From assembly GCA_963827235.1 (NCBI GenBank), contig CAWHAE010000014.1:64001-128000 (forward strand): 64,000 nucleotides of DNA, in the 5' to 3' direction. Position 1 is the first letter of the stretch. Each line of letters starts with the position of its first letter. Source of the DNA: an uncultured bacterium (GTDB lineage Bacteria; Chloroflexota; UBA5177; JANWHV01). A program made the position numbers and the translations under genes. Positions 32,141-41,125 of the stretch are shown here, piece after piece. Under the pieces are notes generated by a model, which was given only the letters and a program-made list of their open reading frames with translations, ran no database searches and was not told where the DNA came from.

Positions 32141-32793
32141 GGGTGGCGATCTATGCCCGTGTCTCGACCAGGGATAGGGATCAAAACCCGGAGACGCAAC
32201 TGCGGCCGCTGCGGGACCATGTGGTCCGGCTCGAAACGGTAACTGCGGTCGAGGAGTTCGCGGACCTAGCCAGCGCGGGCGACCTGCGCGGCCGGCGTCA
32301 ATGGCGGCGGCTCCTCGATCTCGCGCTGAGCCAGAAGATCGACCTGGTGGTGGTGTGGAAGCTGGACCGGGCCTTCCGGTCCGTGGTGGACGGCGCCACC
32401 ACCCTTCAGACCCTGCGCGCGGCGCGGTGCGGGATACGCTCGCTGCAGGAGCCCTGGATTGACACGACGACGCCGATCGGGGAGGCGCTCTACCACATCA
32501 CCCTCGCCTGGGCGCAGCTGGAGAAGCGCCAGCTCACCGAACGGGTGAAGGCGGGGATGGAACGAGCACGATCTGAGGGCAAGCACCTGGGACGCCCCAC
32601 GCGATCTCGACCGCTCAGCGACCATCCGCTGTGGCCGAAGGTGCTGCCTGCCCTCCAAGCTGGCCACCTCACCCGGGCGGAGGCGCCCAAGACGCTGCAG
32701 GTCCGGAAATCCACGCTCATCGCGGCCCTCGCAGCGTTCCCAAAGGGGGGTGGCAAAAACGCACCGACCGTCAAGACCGGGGACGAGGCCTAA
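32137..32793 (+). CDS. tnpR: Serine recombinase (resolvase)
   Basis: AIYARVST, VWKLDRAFRS, ERVKAGMERARSEGKHLGRP, C-terminal HTH; ATGA overlap with the tnpA stop. Confidence 0.92.
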   Translation: MRVAIYARVSTRDRDQNPETQLRPLRDHVVRLETVTAVEEFADLASAGDLRGRRQWRRLLDLALSQKIDLVVVWKLDRAFRSVVDGATTLQTLRAARCGIRSLQEPWIDTTTPIGEALYHITLAWAQLEKRQLTERVKAGMERARSEGKHLGRPTRSRPLSDHPLWPKVLPALQAGHLTRAEAPKTLQVRKSTLIAALAAFPKGGGKNAPTVKTGDEA

Positions 32794-32924
32794 CCGGGCG
32801 TTCCCAATGGAAGTCCTTTGAGAACAACGCCTGCGGGCATCGAACCCGCCGCCATGACCCTCTGGCGGAACCACGTCACCGACGAATGCAATTGGGGGGT
32901 AGTGCACCCCCCTCAAAAAGAGCA

Positions 32925-33997
32925 CTACGGTTGGGTTTGCTCGTGGTGCTCAGCAGAGTCGCTGGCTTCAGCCTGTCTGAGGAACAGGAGAGTCTGCTCG
33001 CGAACCTTGCCGAGGACGCCATAGGTGTTCAGAATCCCTGCGGCGATGCCTTTGCCCTCACGCACCAGCCCGAGGAGCAAATGCTCGGTAGCGACATGGT
33101 CATGGCCAAGGGTTTGCGCCTCATCGACGGCCAAGGCAAGCACTTTGTCACCTGTGCCGCTTGCAGGACATTGGCGAGGAACGAATAGGTCATCGGGCGG
33201 GGCATCTCTGTCTGATCCAGGGTAGCCGTAAGCTGGTACCCCTCGTGCTCACCAACGTGGATCAGCAGGTAGCGAAGACCGTCTATTTCTTCAAGAAAGA
33301 TAATTCTTTGGAGGTGGGGGTGGCTAGACGGGACATGAGGAGGGAGGCCGAGGTTCTCGGCTAACTTACGCACACTTGCGATGCGCATCACTACCATGGG
33401 CGACGGCACTGGCGTGGTCATCTGGTCCTCCCAAAGTGCCAATAACTGCTTGCGTAACGTGCCGCGCGCCTTGTGCAACCGGGTCTTGACCGCACCTAGC
33501 TCGATGCCCAGGTGCGCCGCTGTTTCGGCTTGCGTCAGCCCGTACAGGTAGTAGAGCACGATGGCAGCGCGTTGACCTCGCGGTAGTGCAGCAACCGCTG
33601 CCTGCACGCGTGCTCGCAGTTCACTCGCTTCGGCCCGTTCGTCCGGGCCAAGGTGCTCGTCAGCCAACACGTACCTGGGATCAAAGCGCCCACCCACCAG
33701 GACATCCCATGAGCAATCGCCCTGGCCGTGGTTCCTCAGCCAATGCCGGCTGATGTTGAGGGCAATCCCACTCAACCAGGGACCGAACTGCTCGGGGCGT
33801 TTGAGGCGATCGAGACTTAGCCAGGCCTGCATGGCAGCCTCTTGTACCGCATCCTGTGCCAGGTCGTCGCTCCCCAGCATACGACGACATAGGGAGAGCA
33901 CCAGCGACCAATGCCGAGCCAGCAAGGAGCCGAGGGCCCCTTTGTCACCTTGACGGGCGGCCTGCACCAGGACTCTATCGTCCGCCGCGCTGTCCAT
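32925..33997 (-). pseudogene. ECF sigma factor fused to a truncated bifunctional nuclease (DUF151-like) domain, followed out of frame by a Clp N-terminal repeat
   Basis: sigma2 (AQDAVQEA..FGPWL..IALN) and sigma4 (GAVKTRLHKAR); then L.IHVGEHEG..PRPMTY; then KVLALAVDEAQTLGHDHVATEHLLLGL in another frame from about 33145. GAGGAGG RBS. Confidence 0.8.
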
Positions 33998-34250
33998 CGC
34001 CTCCTCATGCCGGCACACCCGACGCTCGTGTCTCCACTATATAGTGCCCGTGGTAAGACGATGGGTTACCCTGAGCGAGCAAACAACGAACGTTGGCTCT
34101 CTCACGCACGAAGCCCAGCTCAATGCCGTCGTGCTCCTATGCCATGGGTAGCTGTTTTACGTCCGAATCGTCGCCGTACCCCACAAAGCCAGGTAAAGGC
34201 GACAGGCGAGCAAGGCGTGCCAGCTTGCTGCCCTGGGGTTCTGCCATTCA

Positions 34251-34440
34251 TCCACCTCTGCTGGAGTAAGGGTAAAGAACCGCAGCAGCGCCTCACCACT
34301 GATCTCCGGGAAGCCCCGAAGACGCTCCAGCTCCTCCTCCGAGAACACTCGTGTCGCCACGGAACTAATCTGCGCACGTCACCCGTGCCCATGGCCAGCG
34401 CTCTATCCGTTGCTTTTTCGGCGAATACTACTGGGAGCCG
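34251..34440 (-). repeat. Right 190-bp inverted repeat (second copy of the tnpA-proximal end)
   Basis: Encodes the same MATRVFSEEELERLRGFPEISGEALLRFFTLTPAEV, then diverges. Confidence 0.95.
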
Positions 34441-35755
34441 AGGCAGACCTTGGGCTGCGCACGCGGCGCCCGACTCCCCCTGACGCCAACGGGGCTTCCG
34501 TTGAGGCACGCGGTCATGAGAGGGCGCAGACGAGCAAGCAGCTACAGGCGTATGCCAACATCCTCCGTGCCCCGATGAGTGCGAGTGACACCGCGAGAAT
34601 ACCCCTGCAGGCTCTTGAGCCTGTTGTCGACTGCGATCGGGAGGGGCGCAGGGCGCAGATCTGTGCCGTGGCAAGGGGCGAAGGAGAGTGCGACCACCGA
34701 AGCGCTGGCTGCGAAGTCATGTCGATGCTGCGGTGCTTGTCATCATGGCCGAGCTAGTCTGCGAGCCTAGGGCGATCGTGCTCGGTTGCAGCGAACTGCG
34801 GCTGAGTCTGAGCGATGCCCCTTTGCCACTGCCGGGGCTCGACTCGGCCGGCTGACTGGCAAGGGCGACCGTGCTCCGAGCGGGATAGGGCACGCCGTCA
34901 GGGTGCGGCGATCGTGGCCTGCTGGCACCGGCGACGGGCCGGGCGCAGCGACGTCCACGGTGACCTGGGGCCCGCTGTGCCGGATCTCGTCAGGCAGCAG
35001 CGATACAGGGCTACTAATGGGAGCAGTCCGTGAGATCTGCTCCCTCTCGTACGTGCCGAGCAAAGCCCGAGTGCTCATCGCCGGTACTTGACTGGTGGCG
35101 AGCTATCTTACTCTGTGCTCACCGAATCTGTGCCTACCTGCGTCTCGCTACCCGAAATGCCCTTGCTGGGGGCGCCGCTTCCGGCCGCAGGCGCAATTGC
35201 TCGCGCAATGCCGTCGAGCGCATGACAATAGGTGCTGCAGATAGCATCAAAGCGCGACGAAGCAGGCTTCACTCCGGGAGCGCGGTCAGACAGGCGGCGC
35301 ACTTGCCAGATCCAACCAATTATGAGCGAATTAGGGGCTGCGTTCTGGAAAAAGGTGTGCATCCCAATTGGAATCGGCAGGCTTCGTACGGCAAAACGGC
35401 GCTCTCGACTGTGCCTCGGGTGGCATGGCGCGCGGTGGGGCCAAAGGAGCCGCTCGCACCGGACACATGCAGGGGCGCTCGGTCCGACACGCTTCTCGGC
35501 CGTGGTCCCGGCGATCAGTATTACGCAAAACCGTGACCGCTGGCAGGCATTCGGTCGCGCACTTTCGCAGATAGCGCGCAAACCTCAGGCATGATGTAGA
35601 TGGAGTGGCCGGCTCAGCCACACCAGCGGCCGACTCGTGCAGTCGCCGGCGCGCGGCGCAACATGGCGATCGGTGTCTGCCGGCAATGTGCGTTCCGGCT
35701 GGGACGAGCACAACGCGCGGGACGGGCTAGCCCGACGGATGCTAATCTCGAGGTC

Positions 35756-37438
35756 ATGAAGAAGATGAGCCCAAAGCACTTGCGCGGATGGCATAGCCGC
35801 TCTCGCCGCATTTTGCTCGGGGCCGCGCTGGCAGTCAGCTCGACGATCATGCCCGCGCGATCGGCGGCTGTGACTCAGGTCGACTGGCCGATGTTCGGCA
35901 ACACGAGCAACCAGCAGCGCTATGCCGCGCTCGACCAGGTGAACGCGAGTACGATCGGCCGGCTCGGCGTAGCCTGGTCGATCTCTCTCGGCGCTCAGGC
36001 GGCGTTGTGGGAGGACGATCCGGTCGTGGTCGGGGGCGTGATGTACGTCACGAACGGTACCGACGAGGTCATGGCGCTCCACGCCGATACCGGTCGCCGC
36101 ATCTGGACGTATGCGCCGGTAGTGGATTTCTTGCGAGCTTTTGCCCGCGCCGGATTGGTCGCTCCGGTGAACCGGGGGGTAACCGTGGCCGATGGGCGCG
36201 TCTACCTCGCCACATTCGACGAGCAGCTAATCAGCCTGGATTCGGCGAACGGCAAGGTAGTCTGGCGCAGCGTGATCGCGGACCCGTCTACCTACTACGA
36301 GGATTCACCGCCCTCCTACTGGCACGGATCGCTTTACGTCGGTGAAGCCGCGAGCGGCCTCGGCACGCGCGGATTCGTAGCAGCCTTTTCGGCAAAGACA
36401 GGCAAGCCGCTGTGGCGATTCTATACAGTGCCGGCACCTGGTCACTCCTGGGCGATCCGGACGGGACGCGTCGGCGGCGGCGACGTATGGATGCCAGTCA
36501 CCGTAGATCCGGCTACTGGCACGCTGTACGTGGGGACCGGCAATCCCACGCCGGATCTCGTCGGGCAGGATCGCCCGGGCTGCGATGTCTGGACCGACTC
36601 CACGCTGGCGCTCGATGCACGTACCGGCAAGCTCTTGTGGGGCCGGACGCAGGTGTGCCACGACGTGTGGGATTATGACTCGGCACAGTCGCCCATGCTC
36701 CTGCCCATCAGGCACGGTACGAGCGAGGTCGCGGCAGTGGGAGAGGGCAGCAAGGCCGGTCGGTTCTGGGTTTTCGAGGCCCGCACCGGTGCCGTTATTT
36801 CCGTCTCGTCGCCGCTCGGCGAGCAGACGATTCCGCGGCCTGTGCCGACGCCCATGGGCGTCAGAGTCTGCCCTGGCATCTACGGCAGTCTGGAATACTC
36901 GCCGCCCGCCTATAGCCCCGTAGCGGGACTCGTATATCTTCCGGGACTGAACCTCTGCACGGTCGACCGCGCGCTGCCCGCCGCACCGGACTCAACTCTA
37001 CCGGCCGGCGTGGCCGCTTTCGGGGGTACCGCGAAGCCGAGCGGCGACCGCAATTCCGGCTTCCTGGCGGCGGTGGATCCGGCGACAGGCCGGATACGCT
37101 GGCTGGCTCGAGTATCGCGGCCGATGATCGGCGGGGCGCTTGCCACGGCCGCCAACCTGGTGTTCAGTGGTGCCGACGATGGCTACCTCTATGCCTTCGA
37201 TGCCAGAAACGGCGCCACAGTGTGGCGGGAGGACTTCGGGCTGGGCTTCGGCGCGGCGCCTTTCACATACATGGTCGACGGCATCCAGTACGTCGCGGTG
37301 GCGGCCGGCGGGTCGGGCGAGGCCACCATCACCGGCGCGCGCACCGGCGCACTGCTGGTCGCGTTTCGGCTTGGCGGCAGGCCTGCACCGTGCTCAGTGC
37401 TGGCGACATGCGCCGATGCCCTGCCGCATGCCGGGTAG
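35756..37438 (+). CDS. Secreted PQQ-dependent dehydrogenase (alcohol dehydrogenase-like beta-propeller)
   Basis: Signal-peptide-like N-terminus, DWPMFG..QQRYA.LDQVN, VNRGV, GGGDVW, GTGNP, HDVWDYD, Trp-docking repeats; lacks the vicinal Cys-Cys. Confidence 0.88.
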   Translation: MKKMSPKHLRGWHSRSRRILLGAALAVSSTIMPARSAAVTQVDWPMFGNTSNQQRYAALDQVNASTIGRLGVAWSISLGAQAALWEDDPVVVGGVMYVTNGTDEVMALHADTGRRIWTYAPVVDFLRAFARAGLVAPVNRGVTVADGRVYLATFDEQLISLDSANGKVVWRSVIADPSTYYEDSPPSYWHGSLYVGEAASGLGTRGFVAAFSAKTGKPLWRFYTVPAPGHSWAIRTGRVGGGDVWMPVTVDPATGTLYVGTGNPTPDLVGQDRPGCDVWTDSTLALDARTGKLLWGRTQVCHDVWDYDSAQSPMLLPIRHGTSEVAAVGEGSKAGRFWVFEARTGAVISVSSPLGEQTIPRPVPTPMGVRVCPGIYGSLEYSPPAYSPVAGLVYLPGLNLCTVDRALPAAPDSTLPAGVAAFGGTAKPSGDRNSGFLAAVDPATGRIRWLARVSRPMIGGALATAANLVFSGADDGYLYAFDARNGATVWREDFGLGFGAAPFTYMVDGIQYVAVAAGGSGEATITGARTGALLVAFRLGGRPAPCSVLATCADALPHAG

Positions 37439-37563
37439 CGCTTGCAAGCTAGCCCAGCGCAGGTGGGCTGCCGGCCCCTGGCGAGCCATCCTGACGCGGC
37501 GGATCGTTGCCGCTGCCGGCGAGAGCCACCGCCGGACCTGATACCATGCGGGCATACGCCACA

Positions 37564-38709
37564 TTATGTCGAGACCTGTGGTAGATAGCGATATGCCCCG
37601 GCCGACGTAGCAGCGATCAGGGTCGGAAGCGGGCCCGGCGTTTCCGCTAGGCCTATCACCGTGGCAGCGGGGCCGCTTAACCCGCGCCCCAGTGAGCGCC
37701 ACCGGCTCTCGCCCGCTCGCTCGAACACACCGGAGGCCATCGTACCCGCGTAGAGCACGACGGGATCAGTTGCCTGGGCCACCAGGAGCTGCATGGCGTG
37801 CCTCTGGGGCAGTCCCAGGCTGATGTCGTGCCAGCGACCGTCCGCCGCTCGCTGCCAGACACCGCCTCCCATCGTGGTCAGGTAGACTTGCCGGGCAGGG
37901 CTCTTGCCCGCCGCGAGATCCTGGACGGGCAGAAGCGCCGGGAGATTCCTGGCAGCCGGCGTCCAATGCAGGCCGTCATCGCCACTGACCAACACAGGCG
38001 GGCTTGACTCGAACACGCAGGCAAGAATCTGATCCGGGTTCCACGGCGCAGGCAGCAGCGACGTCACCGGCGCGCCGCCGGCCCGCCCGCCCGTGCCGGC
38101 AGTCGGCTGCCACACGCGATGCCAGCGCCATGTGCGACCGTCACCAATGGGGTCTCCGCGGAAGATCGCCCCCAAGGAACCGGCCAGCAACGGGTGCCCT
38201 TGGGCCGGAAGCACCGCCAGGCTATAGACAGGCACGGCCCCATACGACGGCTCAGATACCAGTGTAGGGCTGATTCTCCGCCAGGTCACCTTACCGCGGA
38301 TGCTGCCTCGCATGTAGACGGAGCCGTCGAAGCTGCCCGCCCAAGTGTCATCGCCGTTCGACGTGCCGGCGAGTGCGAACACGGCATGGCCATCAAGGCC
38401 CGACCCATCCCGTTGCCAGGAAGTGCCGCCGTCGCCGGAACGCCAAACGCCGTTCGTCGTCGCGGCGAGCAAACCCGCTCGCCCGCCGGAAAGCGGCAGC
38501 AGCGCCGTGGTGTCACCGCGCAGAGAGGTCGGAGCCCATCGGCCGTCAAGTGGCAGTGCCAATCGGTTCGCCGCTCGTGACGAAAGCGATCTGATAGCAG
38601 CTATCGTGGCGAGAAGACAGAGCAAGGGCACGACTCGGCTCGTAGCCGTCTTCAGGAGCAAGTACATTCTACGTGGAGCGTGTGCCATGTTGCTATTCCC
38701 TGCCGCCAT
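37564..38709 (-). CDS. Membrane-anchored or secreted BNR/Asp-box beta-propeller protein
   Basis: N-terminal hydrophobic segment; Asp-box repeats RSGDGGTSW and SGDDGLHW. Confidence 0.75.
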   Translation of the reverse strand: MAAGNSNMAHAPRRMYLLLKTATSRVVPLLCLLATIAAIRSLSSRAANRLALPLDGRWAPTSLRGDTTALLPLSGGRAGLLAATTNGVWRSGDGGTSWQRDGSGLDGHAVFALAGTSNGDDTWAGSFDGSVYMRGSIRGKVTWRRISPTLVSEPSYGAVPVYSLAVLPAQGHPLLAGSLGAIFRGDPIGDGRTWRWHRVWQPTAGTGGRAGGAPVTSLLPAPWNPDQILACVFESSPPVLVSGDDGLHWTPAARNLPALLPVQDLAAGKSPARQVYLTTMGGGVWQRAADGRWHDISLGLPQRHAMQLLVAQATDPVVLYAGTMASGVFERAGESRWRSLGRGLSGPAATVIGLAETPGPLPTLIAATSAGAYRYLPQVST

Positions 38710-38734
38710 CGCCCTCGATCCGCCAGAAGCAGAC

Positions 38735-38766
38735 GACTGGAGGGCGCCGCGCGGCGCCCTCCAGTC
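38735..38766. terminator. Perfect 32-bp palindrome (hairpin) downstream of the PQQ-cupredoxin gene
   Basis: GACTGGAGGGCGCCGC/GCGGCGCCCTCCAGTC; no U-tract. Confidence 0.55.
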
Positions 38767-38801
38767 TTCCGTGCCCGCAGGCACCAGCCCGCGTGGAGTA
38801 C

Positions 38802-40931
38802 CTAAATGGGAGTGACGACCACCTCTCCCGTCATCCACGGATGGGGAATGCAGTAGAAGTGGAATGTACCTACCTTGTTCATCACCGTCGTGGCCGTTCC
38901 GCCGGGTACGATGATGCCCGTGTCCCATCCGCCGTCGCTTGACGTGGAGGTATGGGGCTGCGTTCCGGTATTGACCCACGTGACCTTGGTCCCTACCGGC
39001 ACCGTGAATATCTTGGATCCGCCGAAGCCTGTTGGCGTGCCGAACGCCTTGTAGCCGTAGTCGTAGATCGCGATCTTGCCGGTATGTATGGCGGCGCCGC
39101 TGATCTTGGTCACGTTGTCGATCGGCGACGGTGCCGGAAGCGGGCTGACTGTCTTGCCGTCTGGTGCTCCCTGCAGGCTGAATACATACAGCGCATCATG
39201 GTCTGCCTGTGCTCCCTGCAGGTAGCCGTGCCCACCCACGTCGACGGCCAGGTACTGTACGCCGCCGACCTCGTAGGTCATGGGCGGTGCGTTATCCGGG
39301 TAGCCGGTCTGGTATTGCCAGAGCACGCGACCGGTGCGTGCATCGTAGGCTTTGAGTACGCCGTCGATCTGTCCGCTGAAGACCAGGCCGCCCGCGGTTG
39401 ACATGGCGCCGGCGCCGCTGCCGTCTTCATCGCGCAGCTGCTTCTGCCAGGCGATCTTGTTGGTGCGGGTATCGATCGCGGTGAATGTGCCGCTGTTGAC
39501 GGCGCCGACCAGTGCATTGGTGCCGCCGGCGTCGATCCAGAATTGACCGACCTTGTTAGGTTGCACGGAGTAGGTCGCGTCGATAGGCTGGTTGTCGGCG
39601 CCCACATACAGGTAGCCGGTCTGCGGACTGAAGGACACAGGTGATTCGTCGACGCCACCGTTGTAGATCGGTTCAAACACCTGATCGACAGTGGTCACCG
39701 GATCGAAGATGCAGGCCGCGTGGAATCCCTTGATCTTCTGCGCGCACTGCGCGGAGACGGGATCGCCGACCGGATAGGGCTGCGTGGGATAGGTAGCCTG
39801 CGCGGCGTACTGCGGCACCGGCTTCTCCGTGATGCCGATTATCGGCTTCCCGGTCGCGCGATCGAGCAGATAGGTGAATCCTGTCTTGCCGTCCTGGCTG
39901 ATACCGTGGCGTAGCGTCCCGTTGATCACGGTGTCGAACAGCACGACCGGGCTGGGCGCGTCAAAGTCCCACAGGTCGTGATGTACTTCCTGGAAGTACC
40001 ATGCCACCTTGCCCGTGCTGACGTGCAAGGCGACGATAGATGAGGTAAAGAGGTCAGCGCCCTTACGGCTGCCGCCGTAGAGATCAGGGGCAGCGTTACC
40101 AGTGCTGAAGTACATCAGGCCGAGCGACGGATCGAGGGCGGGCGTGTTCCACACCGTGCCGCCGCCCGTGAGATAACTGCCGTTGTTCGGCCAGGTGTTT
40201 CCTCCGAGATCCTTCGGCCCTGGAATAGTGTAAAACACCCACTTGACCTTGCCGGTCGCCGCGTCGAGTGCGTACACGCTACCCCGCTGGCCAAACTCAC
40301 CGCCGACGGTGCCGATGTAGATCGAACCGTTGTAGTAGAGCGGCGCCGCCGTTATGCCGGCGCCTAGCTGCCACTTGACGAGATGCTCTTGCCACACCAC
40401 CTTGCCCGTTGCCTGGGAGAGGGCCACCACGGAGCCGTCGATTTGCGGATTGAACACCATCCCCTGGCCCAGCGCCACGCCGCGATCGTCCCACTGGCAG
40501 CAAATGGTGCTGTCTTTCACGTCGGTGGTGGACTGGTATGTCCAGAGCTTGGCGCCGGTTGCGGCGTTGAAGGCAAATACGTCGTTCTTGCCCGTCGGAA
40601 TGTACAGCACTCCGTCCTGCTCCAGAGGCGTGGCTTCCTGATTGTATTTCCCCCAGTAGGCTTTGGCCGCTGTGCCTGGCACCAACGAGGTCCGGAACAC
40701 CGGCTTGAGCTGAGCGACGTTCTGCGTATTGATCTGATCGAGCGCCGAGAAACGCTCGTTGGTCATATTTCCGCCCACGTCCGCCCAGTTCGCGGTGACG
40801 GGCGACGTCTGTTCGGCGTCGATAACCGAATCGACTCCACTCTGGGCCCGACCTGTGCGTGGCGCAATGACGCTGCATGCGATCAACGCCGCCGCAAAGA
40901 GCGCCTTTGCCACGTGCCGTGTGAAGACCAT
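38802..40931 (-). CDS. Secreted PQQ-dependent dehydrogenase with a C-terminal cupredoxin (type-1 Cu) domain
   Basis: Signal peptide, ICCQWDDRG vicinal Cys, GGEFG.RG, GGGTVW, STGN, HHDLWDFD; C-terminal VTWVN...PHT...FYCIPHPWMTGEVVV. Confidence 0.92.
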   Translation of the reverse strand: MVFTRHVAKALFAAALIACSVIAPRTGRAQSGVDSVIDAEQTSPVTANWADVGGNMTNERFSALDQINTQNVAQLKPVFRTSLVPGTAAKAYWGKYNQEATPLEQDGVLYIPTGKNDVFAFNAATGAKLWTYQSTTDVKDSTICCQWDDRGVALGQGMVFNPQIDGSVVALSQATGKVVWQEHLVKWQLGAGITAAPLYYNGSIYIGTVGGEFGQRGSVYALDAATGKVKWVFYTIPGPKDLGGNTWPNNGSYLTGGGTVWNTPALDPSLGLMYFSTGNAAPDLYGGSRKGADLFTSSIVALHVSTGKVAWYFQEVHHDLWDFDAPSPVVLFDTVINGTLRHGISQDGKTGFTYLLDRATGKPIIGITEKPVPQYAAQATYPTQPYPVGDPVSAQCAQKIKGFHAACIFDPVTTVDQVFEPIYNGGVDESPVSFSPQTGYLYVGADNQPIDATYSVQPNKVGQFWIDAGGTNALVGAVNSGTFTAIDTRTNKIAWQKQLRDEDGSGAGAMSTAGGLVFSGQIDGVLKAYDARTGRVLWQYQTGYPDNAPPMTYEVGGVQYLAVDVGGHGYLQGAQADHDALYVFSLQGAPDGKTVSPLPAPSPIDNVTKISGAAIHTGKIAIYDYGYKAFGTPTGFGGSKIFTVPVGTKVTWVNTGTQPHTSTSSDGGWDTGIIVPGGTATTVMNKVGTFHFYCIPHPWMTGEVVVTPI

Positions 40932-41125
40932 CAATGTATCCCTTTCCCGAGCCTACACTCCGCCACGGAGAGCATACGAAGCCACAAGCACACGTCTACC
41001 TCACCACGCCAGGGCTCAAGCAGTCACTAGGCGTGGTAGCGCCGCTCTGTCGAGACACCCCCTTTGCTCAAGGCCTGCCTGCGATCGGCGCGCAGGCAGG
41101 GGCATTTCCAGTGATGCGGTACCGT

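Larger units (their letters stand above)
29016..34440. mobile_element. Tn3-family transposon (5425 bp) with 5-bp target site duplication AGGCA
   Basis: AGGCA at 29011-29015 and 34441-34445; 190-bp inverted repeats whose outer 38 bp resemble Tn3 IRs; contains tnpA, a resolvase and cargo. Confidence 0.88.

Noticed and set aside
30169-32793. 874-aa ORF appearing as a transposase-resolvase fusion
   Set aside because: It arises from the frameshift near 31325; the true tnpA C-terminus is in the 31286-32140 frame and the resolvase has its own ATG.
32894-32919. GGGGGGT-AGTGC-ACCCCCC hairpin as an intrinsic terminator
   Set aside because: The A-run is on the wrong side to give a U-tract on either strand; not called.
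34157-34360. 67-aa ORF as an independent gene
   Set aside because: It is the first 36 codons of tnpA inside the right repeat followed by unrelated sequence.
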